64,000 nucleotides of DNA from Elusimicrobiota bacterium (lineage in GTDB: Bacteria > RUG730 > JBDRED01): the NCBI GenBank assembly GCA_043820025.1, contig JBDRED010000021.1, positions 14,902-78,901 on the forward strand, read 5' to 3'. Shown here piece after piece: positions 1-9,216 of this stretch; position 1 is the stretch's first letter, and each line of letters opens with the position of its first letter. A model generated the notes under the pieces. That model saw nothing but the letters and a program-made list of their open reading frames with translations. It was not told the origin of the DNA and did not search any database. The translations under genes were made by a program, and so were the position numbers.

Positions 1-3000
1 TCATCCATTCTTACCGGATGATTATCATATTTTGCTCCAACCGTTCTTAAAGCATTAAAAACTATTCCGGCGCTTGATGCCTGATCAGCAGTTACAGCAT
101 AATTTTTTGCAGATTGATAATGGAAATAGACTAAAAATGCCTGGTTAAGTTCGCGCGGAGTATAATCCTTGCCAAACATCCTTTTTGTTAAAATCTCTGA
201 CAATGCCTCTGTATACATAAACAGGTTTGTGTCCTCATCAACCCAGTATGCGGGAATGCCTCTTGTATTGAAGGCTTGAAGCTGGTCTTGAGTAGCCGCC
301 TTTTTGGCCTTTCCGCTTTTAACCATATTGTCTAAGTTTCTATATAAACCTGCAAGCCTTCTGAAGTTTACGCCTTTTTGAATATCTCCGCTTATAATAA
401 AGCTCATGTTAAATAAATGAAATTCATCGAAATCAATTACGTTCTGAGCCATGAATGCGTCGAATATACCGCTCGGGTCGCCTCTGTAATGGCCTTTATG
501 TCCAAACTGGTCATGCGTGTCTAATACTATAACATCGGGGTTATTATAAGCCTTTGCTAAGTCATTGAATTTGCCCTGTATAAATAATTCACTGCCATTG
601 ACCATTGTAAGGCCAAATACTTTAAACTGATCCGGAATAGCAATAATATTCTCATCGCCGGGGTCATTTAAGAACTTTAATAAAGCAGCCTCATTTTCAA
701 GCACTAGTGTGCCTCTATATTTGTTGCCTAAGAGCCACTTCATCATCTGATGCCTTGCGACAAGCATTTCGGTTTTACCCATAGCAGTACCTGCCTGAAC
801 AGACTGTCCCAAAGCAAGGTAAACAAGGCCCGCTACCTGCGCAGGCCTAAGCTGAACTCTGTTATTTTTAGTAAACATATAGTCTACAAGAGCAACTGCA
901 TTAAAAAGATTTTTGGAAAGCGAGGTTTTCCAAGTTCCATTATCAACAGCTATTTTTACTGCGCTATATGCGCCAGAATCTCTAAATTTATCAACCTTAT
1001 ATGTAACATTTCCCAATTCATCATAAGTAAAATACTTTTCAAGCTCGTCAAGTCCTGCTGTGCTTACATTGTATGTTTTATAGTAAGCGGCTGTTTTATC
1101 GTCTAGAGTCAGGTCCTTGATTACCGCCGGAGCTGCTTCCTCTCCCACTACCACTTCTTCCTCTTCAACCAGTGACTCTTCCTCTTCCATTTTCAGCTCG
1201 CCTTCTTTATAAACCGTTCTTACAATAGTTCCATTTAATGTTGTATTAACAATAATTTGACCATTTTCCTGTATTACTTCAAAGTTTATTCCCGGCGCTT
1301 CCTTAGTTTTTAATTCATTATAAATTTTAAGCATCACTCGGTAGAATTCTGTTACCTTTGTGAAGTCTTCGCCAAAAGCTTTAAATAATTCAGCATTAAC
1401 CTGCTCAATTATATCTTTGGCTTTTGCAGTATCAAAATCAGCGGCCATTAAATAACTCTGCACCATAAGAGCCTGCGCTGTTTCGCGTCCCGGCAGATAC
1501 TTGCTTGCAAGGTTCTTTGCGCCGTCAAATGCCATACGCTCTGCCTGGCCAAACACGCGCGATAAATAAAGGCCTCTCGAATCTTCCTCAGTTACAGTTG
1601 GCGTTATAATCTCAAATGATACGCCGCGTCCTCTTAAAACCTCTTTTATTCCCTGAGCGTGGTATCCGCCCACAACCATTACCTTTATTTTTGATTTTAG
1701 CTTTTTGCCTATTTTTAACGTATTGTTTACAAGTATCTCGTTACGTTTTTCTGCAAGCTGATAGAATGATTCCATATTATCATCAGCCTCTGCTAAAAGC
1801 TCTTTGTTCTGGGCAAAGTAATTAACATGCGATAACTTTCCAGTTATCTCTCCTGCCTTTGAGTAGAATGCGTCCTTTGCGCCTTTCCATTCTTCCGCGT
1901 CCTGACTGCTGACGCGGTTAGATAAATAATTATCCATAAGGCCCATATAATGATCGCAGTATAAAAGCGTGTTACCATCCGTTCTGCCTCTCATAAACGC
2001 CTGTTTCAATGTATAAGTAAGATGCTCTTTTTCCTCTAAGAGCTTTGAGTCGTCAATTGAGCTGGCATACTCAAGATATTTAAAGTATGCGCTGAGCGCA
2101 GGATATGTGCTTGTAATATCGAGCTGTTTTGTTTTTATAAAATCCTTTAGGAATAAATAGTAGGCGTCTGTGTCCTTATGCGACCATGTTTCTAAGTTGT
2201 CAAACTCTTTCTCAGTAATAACTTCCTTTAAACGGCTCATAATGTATGATGTCTCGGTTAATACTGAGTCTGTGTTAAGGGTCTTTCTTAATGCAGCTGC
2301 GCTCAAAAGATTATTTAACTGCGGATATTGTTTTTCAAACGGGACATTGTATTCATCAGCCTTTGATTTTAAAAATTTTAAGTATGATTCCAGCGAAAGT
2401 TTGCCGTTTAAGTATCTCTTTTCAGTTTCCTCAAACTCCTTTAATGCGTTTGTATATAAATATCTCTTACCTTTTGTAAGAACATTTTTAACCCTGTCCA
2501 TAATGCCCAAAAGCATCATTCTGTATTCAAGCGACTTGTAAAGCATACGGAAGTCATGCTTATAGGTTTGCGGATCCTCAATACCTTCAAGCGTAAGCTT
2601 ACCTGGATTTTCTATTGAATAATATTCAGGGCCGCTTATATCTCCGCTTTCAACAAAATAATTTACAACCCTTTCTTTTACGGTTTTATCAGGTATACTG
2701 GCTAAGATTGCGGTGTCAATCTCTCCCCATGAACCTTCAATACCGACAAACTTAGCGTCTTCGCCATATGTCTCTTTAATTACTCGGATTATCTCTTTAA
2801 TATTTTTCTGCGCCTGGGGGTGACAGTGCAGATCTTTTATACAGATAACCTTTTCATCGCTTTTACCATTAAATGTTTCAACAACCTTTCCATAGCTTGG
2901 AGGCATGTATAGCGCGCTGCCAAGAGCCGGCGCCGGCGCTGCTGCCCAGACAAAGTCATGGCATGTCACAGTAATAAATGTGACAAGCACTGCCAGAGCG

Positions 3001-3107
3001 ACTGTGCGCGTTGTAGACGAGAACCTGCTCCTCCCGTCTTCATGCCACCGCATAATTCTATTTAATAAACGTTTGCCTTTCAACTTAAGATAATCCGAGT
3101 ACTTCAT
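1..3107 (-). CDS. Large membrane-anchored protein with SecA DEAD-like ATPase domain; partial, C-terminus lies beyond window start (not in supplied ORF track)
   Basis: Reverse-strand translation from ATG (revcomp of cat at ~3105-3107, GGTGG RBS upstream) gives MKYSDYLKLKGKRLLNRIMRWHEDGRSRFSSTTRTVALAVLVTFITVTC... with no stop to position 1. TM/signal anchor at aa ~34-48. Motifs LGQSVQAGTAMGKTEMLVA...LGNKYRGTLVLENEAAL (like SecA motif I AEMRTGEGKT...VHVVTVNDYLA) and VIDFDEFHLFNMSFIISGD (like SecA DEVDSILIDEARTPLIISG). Confidence 0.6.
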   Translation of the reverse strand, partial: MKYSDYLKLKGKRLLNRIMRWHEDGRSRFSSTTRTVALAVLVTFITVTCHDFVWAAAPAPALGSALYMPPSYGKVVETFNGKSDEKVICIKDLHCHPQAQKNIKEIIRVIKETYGEDAKFVGIEGSWGEIDTAILASIPDKTVKERVVNYFVESGDISGPEYYSIENPGKLTLEGIEDPQTYKHDFRMLYKSLEYRMMLLGIMDRVKNVLTKGKRYLYTNALKEFEETEKRYLNGKLSLESYLKFLKSKADEYNVPFEKQYPQLNNLLSAAALRKTLNTDSVLTETSYIMSRLKEVITEKEFDNLETWSHKDTDAYYLFLKDFIKTKQLDITSTYPALSAYFKYLEYASSIDDSKLLEEKEHLTYTLKQAFMRGRTDGNTLLYCDHYMGLMDNYLSNRVSSQDAEEWKGAKDAFYSKAGEITGKLSHVNYFAQNKELLAEADDNMESFYQLAEKRNEILVNNTLKIGKKLKSKIKVMVVGGYHAQGIKEVLRGRGVSFEIITPTVTEEDSRGLYLSRVFGQAERMAFDGAKNLASKYLPGRETAQALMVQSYLMAADFDTAKAKDIIEQVNAELFKAFGEDFTKVTEFYRVMLKIYNELKTKEAPGINFEVIQENGQIIVNTTLNGTIVRTVYKEGELKMEEEESLVEEEEVVVGEEAAPAVIKDLTLDDKTAAYYKTYNVSTAGLDELEKYFTYDELGNVTYKVDKFRDSGAYSAVKIAVDNGTWKTSLSKNLFNAVALVDYMFTKNNRVQLRPAQVAGLVYLALGQSVQAGTAMGKTEMLVARHQMMKWLLGNKYRGTLVLENEAALLKFLNDPGDENIIAIPDQFKVFGLTMVNGSELFIQGKFNDLAKAYNNPDVIVLDTHDQFGHKGHYRGDPSGIFDAFMAQNVIDFDEFHLFNMSFIISGDIQKGVNFRRLAGLYRNLDNMVKSGKAKKAATQDQLQAFNTRGIPAYWVDEDTNLFMYTEALSEILTKRMFGKDYTPRELNQAFLVYFHYQSAKNYAVTADQASSAGIVFNALRTVGAKYDNHPVRMD

Positions 3108-3912
3108 GAGTACCACCCCCTAATAAATTTATAGGGGTCAGGTCTCCACATTCCACATTTTTGTGGAATGTGGAGACCTGACCCCTACTTTCTCTGTTTG
3201 ATTTATAATAAAAAAACGCGTTAAGATCTTTTTTAAAAGACCCAAACGCGTTTTTACTGCCATCCATATTCGTTATATTTTCAATATCTTCCTTTTCTGA
3301 CCTCGACTCATCAACACGCTTTAACATACTCCTTATTTTTGTCAAATAATAAAATACGCTAAGCGCCATAAATAAAATATCAGCCTTCCATACGCCAAAC
3401 AGCGATGAAAAGCCGGATCTATCCCTCCAGATTCCGTCTAGTTTATTATGACCGAAATTTTTATTAAACACTCCATTGCTGATATTCTGTTTGTGCCCGC
3501 AAATCTTTTTTAAATACTTGATCAGGTATTCATACATGCTTACAGCAATGATATAGTCGTTTGGTTTAGAAGTATTTTCAAACTCAGTCCCAAAATCATT
3601 ATTGTGTTTTATCTTTGTTTCGGACGAAGCGATTTTTTGAAATTTGACTGAGCGGAATGTAACAATAGAAACATTGCCTGCGCTGCATATAAGCGCAAAT
3701 GAAGCGTCAAATACACGCTTAATACGCGGCCTAACTGCTGCTGAACTCAGTACAGACTTAACTGCGTCAGAGTTAATCAGGCTGTTAGTTGGAACTCCCA
3801 CAGCGCCAACATACGCCTGCGCTGTAACCTGAATACAGAACGCAAAAAGGACTGCTGTGCCCGCAATCTTAGCCCTATTCATATTGGAGATGATATTAGA
3901 TAGTTTCTTCAT
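3085..3912 (-). CDS. Hypothetical secreted protein (N-terminal signal peptide)
   Basis: ORF track 275 aa; N-terminus MKKLSNIISNMNRAKIAGTAVLFAFCIQVTAQA is signal-peptide-like; no recognisable domain. 3' end runs through the 24-bp palindrome, so true C-terminus uncertain. Confidence 0.5.
   Translation of the reverse strand: MKKLSNIISNMNRAKIAGTAVLFAFCIQVTAQAYVGAVGVPTNSLINSDAVKSVLSSAAVRPRIKRVFDASFALICSAGNVSIVTFRSVKFQKIASSETKIKHNNDFGTEFENTSKPNDYIIAVSMYEYLIKYLKKICGHKQNISNGVFNKNFGHNKLDGIWRDRSGFSSLFGVWKADILFMALSVFYYLTKIRSMLKRVDESRSEKEDIENITNMDGSKNAFGSFKKDLNAFFYYKSNRESRGQVSTFHKNVECGDLTPINLLGGGTHEVLGLS
3134..3185. repeat. Perfect 24-bp inverted repeat (stem ggggtcaggtctccacattccaca, loop tttt) between two co-oriented genes
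   Basis: Read directly: ggggtcaggtctccacattccaca tttt tgtggaatgtggagacctgacccc. Lies ~27 nt upstream of the large ORF start and within the last codons of ORF 3085..3912. Confidence 0.8.
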
Positions 3913-3969
3913 TTAAATATAATCCTCCTATGGACTAATATAAAAATACCACAGAAACCATTGAAAACA

Positions 3970-4012
3970 AAGCGAAGTTATTGTGAATTTTTGTGAATTT
4001 TTTGCGAAGATT
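3970..4012 (-). promoter_or_regulatory. Conserved ~40-bp upstream element (copy 1), shared with the copy at 40651..40692
   Basis: aagcgaagttattgtgaatttttgtgaattttttgcgaag vs aagcgaagtttttgtaaaaaatgtgaattttttgcgaaa; both end 53-58 nt upstream of start codons of minus-strand secreted-protein genes. Confidence 0.45.
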
Positions 4013-4315
4013 TTATACACAGATTACACAGATAACGCTCCTGCGTCATCCTGAGTGAAACGAAGGATCTCCGAAAGAGTTACCACTCACGAAGATTTCA
4101 CCGCCTAAGCTGGACCCCGCAAAATGCGGTGGCTTAGTGCAGCAGCCCTCAGAATGAGAGCTGCCTGTCGCAGACGGACCGGGCTGCAGTCCACACATTT
4201 ATTTCTCTTATTTCTTCAATATTCTTTTATAGCAAAATATCATAAGCCCTATTATTACGCTCCATGATACAATAAGCATTATCCATCCAAATATAGTCAT
4301 AAAAATTTCCCCTCT

Positions 4316-4343
4316 GTCATTCCTGCTTTCGCAGGAATGACAA
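4316..4343 (-). terminator. Hairpin (tgtcattcctgc/gcaggaatgaca, loop tttc) followed on minus strand by T-run; candidate terminator of NSS transporter gene
   Basis: Perfect 12-bp inverted repeat read in sequence; on minus strand followed by gaggggaaatttttat. Confidence 0.5.
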
Positions 4344-4416
4344 CAGAAACAGGATTCCCGCCGCAGTTTATCCGGCCATAAGCGGGGCAGGAATAACAGA
4401 ATATCAAAACAATGAA

Positions 4417-6039
4417 TTATAATGACTCTCGAGTCTTTTTTCTCCAGGCGTGGCGTACCAAAAACGCCAATAAAATAAATATTGCCAAAAGCCCAAGCCT
4501 GGTTGCAAGAATATATACTCTATTTTCAGGCGCGATATTATGCATCGAGATTGTAGGCAGACCTTCCTGATAAAACCAAACCGCAAGAATAACCAGCAAA
4601 AATGTTGGAGTTACATACTTAATAACCGGCTTATACCACCCCGGGATTTTCATGTCAGCGCCTTGATGTATCTCATCCCACGCTTTATCCATACCAAATA
4701 TCCAAACAAATAAAAAAGCCTCAACTGTGCCGAATAATACCAGGCAGAATGTGCCGCCCCAGAAATCCAGCTCCCCTATCACGCCTTTACTGATAAACAA
4801 GATAGGAGCATGGCATAAAATAAAACATATTACGGCAATTATTTTAACAGCCTTTTCCCTGGATACATCAAACTCATCCTCTAAAAACGCTATTGCAGGC
4901 TGAAGCAGTGATATTGAAGATGTGATACCTGCCATAAAGAGTAAAAGGAACCATAGGAATGAAAAGAATACGCCCACCGGGATATTATGAAATATTATGG
5001 GCATTGTGACAAAACTAAGGTTAAACGTGCCGCTTTGGGCAATACTAACTATTTGTTTCGGCCCAAAAAACATGTATGCGGCCGGAATAACAATACTACT
5101 TCCTAAAATCACTTCGGCAAATTCGTTTGTGCTTACAGCAGCTAATCCGTTTAATACTACGTCGTCACTTTTTTTTAGATAACTCGCGTATGTGAGTATA
5201 ACACCTATTCCAACGCTAAGCGTAAAAAACACCTGCCCTGCGGCCGCGAGCCAAACCTTTGCGCTTTTAAGATACGCAAAGTTTGGATTCCATAAGAAAC
5301 CCAGCGCGTCTTTAATAGTGTAAGATTCGACAGTTGACGCAGGGGCTTTCAGCGTCAAGACTCTTACTGCCATAATCACGCCCATTAAAAGAAATATTGG
5401 AAGAAAGAGCCTGCATATTTTTTCAATTCCATGTTTTATTCCAAAGTATACGACTAAAAAATTAAGAACAAAGGTAATAAAAAAGAACATATACGCAGGC
5501 CCAATCCCGCTAAAAAACTGATTTTTTTCCAAGCCCTGGTAACCTGCCAGAAAATTCTGCATAAGCCCGGAATTAAGGGCTGCCGCATATTTTGGCGTTA
5601 AACTAAATACGGCGAAGCCCAACAGCCACGACTCAATATAAGTATAATATATTAAAATAATTAAAGGCCCAAAAATACCAATCACACCAAAATATTTAAT
5701 AAATCTATTCTTCTCCCACATAGTATGAAATATTCCGGGAGCCGTACCATGTTCAATACCTCCGCCATATCTGCCGATTGTCCATTCTATCCACATGAGC
5801 GGTATACCAAGAAGTATAAGCGCCACAAAATACGGAATCATGAATGCGCCGCCGCCATTGCTTGCGGCCTGCACAGGAAACCTCAAAAAGTTTCCAAGGC
5901 CTATAGCACTGCCTGCAACAGCAAGAATAATACCAAGCCTCGATCCCCAGGAATCGCGAATCTTTATTCTTTTTGGACCAATAATTGGTTGATTTTGATT
6001 TTCCATAATTCTCAATTCTATTCTTACTCCGTTTTCCAC
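4417..6039 (-). CDS. Neurotransmitter:sodium symporter (NSS/SNF, LeuT-like) family transporter
   Basis: AVAGSAIGLGNFLRFPVQAASNGGGAFMIPYF matches NSS signature GLGNxWRFP; multi-TM. Track start is GTG; the internal ATG (MENQNQPII) is an alternative start. Confidence 0.85.
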   Translation of the reverse strand: MENGVRIELRIMENQNQPIIGPKRIKIRDSWGSRLGIILAVAGSAIGLGNFLRFPVQAASNGGGAFMIPYFVALILLGIPLMWIEWTIGRYGGGIEHGTAPGIFHTMWEKNRFIKYFGVIGIFGPLIILIYYTYIESWLLGFAVFSLTPKYAAALNSGLMQNFLAGYQGLEKNQFFSGIGPAYMFFFITFVLNFLVVYFGIKHGIEKICRLFLPIFLLMGVIMAVRVLTLKAPASTVESYTIKDALGFLWNPNFAYLKSAKVWLAAAGQVFFTLSVGIGVILTYASYLKKSDDVVLNGLAAVSTNEFAEVILGSSIVIPAAYMFFGPKQIVSIAQSGTFNLSFVTMPIIFHNIPVGVFFSFLWFLLLFMAGITSSISLLQPAIAFLEDEFDVSREKAVKIIAVICFILCHAPILFISKGVIGELDFWGGTFCLVLFGTVEAFLFVWIFGMDKAWDEIHQGADMKIPGWYKPVIKYVTPTFLLVILAVWFYQEGLPTISMHNIAPENRVYILATRLGLLAIFILLAFLVRHAWRKKTRESL

Positions 6040-6500
6040 CAGAAATGATGGCCGCAGTTCGGGCAGGTTACCTCAACCTCGCCTTTTTTTTGGTCTTTTG
6101 TCTCCAGCATTATTGTCATATCAATCCAGCTTTTTGCTATAGCGTGAACCTCAACAACAGGGTAGAATGTATCCTGCCGGTCTAAAACCCTGCCTTTAAT
6201 GGTTACTTTATCGGATGTCCGGAGGGAGTTGATAATATCTGTTAAACTATTATCATTTACGTCATAGACATATTCGATTCCTATTGATGTATACGGCCTA
6301 AATTTTCCTGTTTCAGTCTTTGTGTCAAACTTTGTGTAAATTATTACATCCTTCCCTTTATAAAAACCCGGATCAGCAATAATTTTATTAGGATCAGTCA
6401 CTGAGTAAGAAAAAATGTTTGTAGCAGATAATAGCATTAATAGCGCTAACGTAAGTCTTATTATCTTTTTCATAAATCCCCCAAAATATTTTTTGCGCAA
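6024..6500 (-). CDS. Hypothetical exported/lipoprotein-like protein with C-terminal CPNCGHHFWW zinc-ribbon-like motif
   Basis: Track start is TTG; likely real start MKKIIRLTLALLMLLSATNIFS at ~6473 (signal peptide). Confidence 0.5.
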   Translation of the reverse strand: MRKKYFGGFMKKIIRLTLALLMLLSATNIFSYSVTDPNKIIADPGFYKGKDVIIYTKFDTKTETGKFRPYTSIGIEYVYDVNDNSLTDIINSLRTSDKVTIKGRVLDRQDTFYPVVEVHAIAKSWIDMTIMLETKDQKKGEVEVTCPNCGHHFWWKTE

Positions 6501-6559
6501 TTTTTGCGTTGTAGCCGGGGGTCTTTAGACCCCGGGCTGCATCATAAACACTTTCGCAC

Positions 6560-8659
6560 TTATACTATCTGCGAAAAATCCGCAATTCTCGAAAATGTGT
6601 TTGTAAGATGAGTTAACAAAACCAGCCTGTTATTCCTTACAGATTCATCCTTATCCATAATTAAGACATTGTCAAAGAAAGTATCCAGCGCAGGCTTTAA
6701 CTTCGCTAATAATTGAAGAAAAGAAACATATTTTTTCTTGCCTTGAAGTTTGTCATCAAGAACAACCTGCTGCAGGCTGTTCCATAAATTCTTTTCCTCC
6801 TGCATAGCAAATAAATTTTCATCTATTTTTTTGTCCGCAAAATTAAATCCTTTGTCCTTTGCCTGCCTGACAATATTATGCGCGCGTTTATATAGAGCAA
6901 TGAGCTGTTCAAAATCTTTGTCTTTTCTCATATCGTGAATAGCGCTCAACTTTAAATAATCGTCGTGAACAAGTATACCGGACTCTCTTTCGCTGATTGA
7001 ACGAACTTCGTCAACGCTAAACTGTTTATCTATCAGCCAATTTTCAAATCTTTTTTTATAAAAATCATTTAATGCGCTTACCGCTTCCTCTATACTTTCT
7101 TTTGAAAACTTATTTTCAAAAAGCGCTGAAACATTTTTTGCTAAATCAAAAAATGACAAATCCCATTTTTTATCCAAACATATTTCAAATACTCCATAAA
7201 ACTGGCGTCTCATGCCATAAGGGTCGTAAGAGCCTTTTGGCCTGTGTCCTGTAAGAAAGGTTGAGACTACATTATCAATCTTATCGGCTATACTGACTAT
7301 TGCAGACTCGTTTGACCGGGGCAATTTATCTCCCGCAGTTTTTGGCAGATAATTCTCCTCTATCGCGCTCGCTGTTAATTCGTCTTCGCCATTATCTTGA
7401 GCATAAACGCGCCCCATAACACCCTGCAATTCCGGAAATTCCTGAACCATTTCAGTTAAAAGATCTGTCTTTGCAAGCAAGGCAATACGGCTGATCCTGC
7501 TGTTATCCGCATCAATTTTTAGAATATTTACAAGCATCTCTGATATTTTTTGTATTCTATTTACCTTATCATAAACAGAACCCAGCTGTTCTTGATATAC
7601 AACTTTTTTTAAATCATCCACTCTATCAATAAGTTTTTTCTTTCTATCCTGCATATAAAAAAACTCCGCGTCCTTAAGCCTCGCGGTAAGAACCTTTTCA
7701 TAACCCTGACAAACTATTTTTTCATATTTTGTTCTTCCGTTTTTTACGCCGATAAAATGCGGCGTTAATTTTCCATCCTTTGTTTCAAGAGCAAAGAATT
7801 TCTGATGATGCTTTAATACAGTGACGATTACTTCTGCGGGAAGCTGCAGAAAACGTTTGTCAAACGAACCTAAAATAGTAAACGGATATTCGGTAAGAGC
7901 TGAAACCTCGTCTAGTAAATCCTCATGAATTATAGGAATGCCGTATTTTTTATTAATGCCTTTAAACCCGTTAATAACCATTTCCTTTCTCTTGTTCCGG
8001 TCAATAACAACGCTGTTTGCCAGCAATTTTTTATGATAATCATCTCTGTTTTTGACATTAATTTTCTTAGCCCTGAAACCGCTCATACCATATGTTATTT
8101 TGCCTGATTTTATTCCGGCGCATTCAAATGACAATGCCTTATTTCCAAACATACCTAAAAGCCATCTGACAGGCCGCGAAAATCTGGCCTTAGACTTATT
8201 CCAAACCATTGTTTTTGGAAAGTTAAGCGTTATTATAAACTCGTTAAATATCTTTGGCAGTATTTTTTCAGTTTTCTCGGATTTACCCACGATCTCAGCT
8301 GTTATATATTCGCCTTTTGACGTTTCTTTAAATTTTAAATCCTTTACCGCAACGCCGCATTTCTCAGCAAATCCTTTAAGCGCGTTTGTAGGCTTCCCAT
8401 TTTCGTCATACGCTATTCTTTTCGGCGGGCCAATGATTTCTTCCTTGGACACTCTTTGAGCCTCGTCTACATTAAGAGCTTCAATTACTATTCTGCACGG
8501 CGTTATAAAAACATTTATATCGTCATAAGTAATGCTGTTATTATCCATAATATTTTTAAAAAGTGATTTTGCGTTATCTCCGGCAGTCCGCTGAGCTGAA
8601 AGAGGAAGCTCCTCAACGCCTATTTCAAATATTAATTCTTTTTTCATATATTCTCCCAA
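6560..8659 (-). CDS. glyS: Glycyl-tRNA synthetase beta subunit
   Basis: MKKELIFEIGVEELPLSAQRT... typical GlyS N-terminus; ~695 aa; likely ATG at ~8647 preceded by GGGAGA. Confidence 0.9.
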   Translation of the reverse strand: MGEYMKKELIFEIGVEELPLSAQRTAGDNAKSLFKNIMDNNSITYDDINVFITPCRIVIEALNVDEAQRVSKEEIIGPPKRIAYDENGKPTNALKGFAEKCGVAVKDLKFKETSKGEYITAEIVGKSEKTEKILPKIFNEFIITLNFPKTMVWNKSKARFSRPVRWLLGMFGNKALSFECAGIKSGKITYGMSGFRAKKINVKNRDDYHKKLLANSVVIDRNKRKEMVINGFKGINKKYGIPIIHEDLLDEVSALTEYPFTILGSFDKRFLQLPAEVIVTVLKHHQKFFALETKDGKLTPHFIGVKNGRTKYEKIVCQGYEKVLTARLKDAEFFYMQDRKKKLIDRVDDLKKVVYQEQLGSVYDKVNRIQKISEMLVNILKIDADNSRISRIALLAKTDLLTEMVQEFPELQGVMGRVYAQDNGEDELTASAIEENYLPKTAGDKLPRSNESAIVSIADKIDNVVSTFLTGHRPKGSYDPYGMRRQFYGVFEICLDKKWDLSFFDLAKNVSALFENKFSKESIEEAVSALNDFYKKRFENWLIDKQFSVDEVRSISERESGILVHDDYLKLSAIHDMRKDKDFEQLIALYKRAHNIVRQAKDKGFNFADKKIDENLFAMQEEKNLWNSLQQVVLDDKLQGKKKYVSFLQLLAKLKPALDTFFDNVLIMDKDESVRNNRLVLLTHLTNTFSRIADFSQIV

Positions 8660-8764
8660 GAATAAGTTTAATGAGTTATTGAGTTCTCTCCTTCTCCTTC
8701 CCCTTATTTCCTCTTCATCTCTCTCTCTTCATCTCATCTCTCTTTCTTTCCTCTCTCTTTCTTT

Positions 8765-8800
8765 CCTCTCCCCTATGGGGAGAGGATTAAGGTGAGGGGG
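8765..8800 (+). repeat. REP-like 36-bp element copy A (core palindrome cctctcccc-tat-ggggagagg), preceded by polypyrimidine tract 8700..8764
   Basis: cctctcccctatggggagaggattaaggtgaggggg; a direct copy occurs at 9246..9281 and an inverted copy at 9168..9203. Confidence 0.8.
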
Positions 8801-9155
8801 CTTCATCTCTTCTTTTGAAAATAGCCCTCTCAATAACTTGACAAACACCTTCAATATTTTTCAAAATATCCCTATCACTAAAACGTAGAATCTCTATACC
8901 CTGATTATTTAATATATTCGTTCTCTTCGTATCATATATTATATTTTTTTCTTCATAGTGCTGACCGCCATCTGCTTCTATTGCTAATTTATATTTTGAA
9001 GAATAAAAATCTAATATGTACTTTTGGACCGGAACCTGCCTTTTAAATTTTACTCCTGATAATTGCCTATTTCGCAACACTCTCCAAAGCTTTTTCTCTG
9101 TATCTGTCTGCTTTTTTCTTAATGCACGACTTCTCTCGATATTTTTTCGTTTCAT
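8787..9155 (-). CDS. DUF559 (Vsr-like/restriction-endonuclease-fold) domain protein
   Basis: ALRKKQTDTEKKLWRVLRNRQLSGVKFKRQVPVQKYILDFYSSKYKLAIEADGGQHY...ILRFSDRDI matches the DUF559 pattern (LW..LR....G.KFRRQ.P...YI.DF.C....L.IE.DG..H). Confidence 0.85.
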   Translation of the reverse strand: MKRKNIERSRALRKKQTDTEKKLWRVLRNRQLSGVKFKRQVPVQKYILDFYSSKYKLAIEADGGQHYEEKNIIYDTKRTNILNNQGIEILRFSDRDILKNIEGVCQVIERAIFKRRDEAPSP

Positions 9156-9167
9156 AATTCATATTCA

Positions 9168-9203
9168 CCCCCTCACCCTAACCCTCTCCCCACAGGGGAG
9201 AGG
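9168..9203 (-). repeat. REP-like element copy B, inverted relative to A (33/36 identical to revcomp of A)
   Basis: ccccctcaccctaaccctctccccacaggggagagg vs revcomp(A) ccccctcaccttaatcctctccccataggggagagg. Confidence 0.8.
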
Positions 9204-9216
9204 GAAATAATAAACA

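Noticed and set aside
4311-4325. 13-mer ctctgtcattcct recurring at ~19733 upstream of the TonB-dependent receptor
   Set aside because: It is statistically unlikely by chance. The first copy is half of the NSS-gene terminator hairpin, and the second has no partner arm or shared context. Without more copies I cannot call it a motif.
8052-8459. Plus-strand ORFs (e.g. 8052..8459, 13194..13751, 24151..24651, 32367..32765, 12444..12863) of 100-185 aa
   Set aside because: Each lies entirely antisense to a well-supported minus-strand gene (glyS, corC/ybeY, MinD-Fer, ankyrin, corC), has low-complexity or hydrophobic junk composition and no motif. They are shadow ORFs of the AT-rich coding strand.
8700-8765. 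Polypyrimidine/short-repeat tract (ctct/cttt units) considered as CRISPR or microsatellite
   Set aside because: No regular repeat-spacer periodicity and no cas genes. It is part of the REP-like unit duplicated at 9217..9245.
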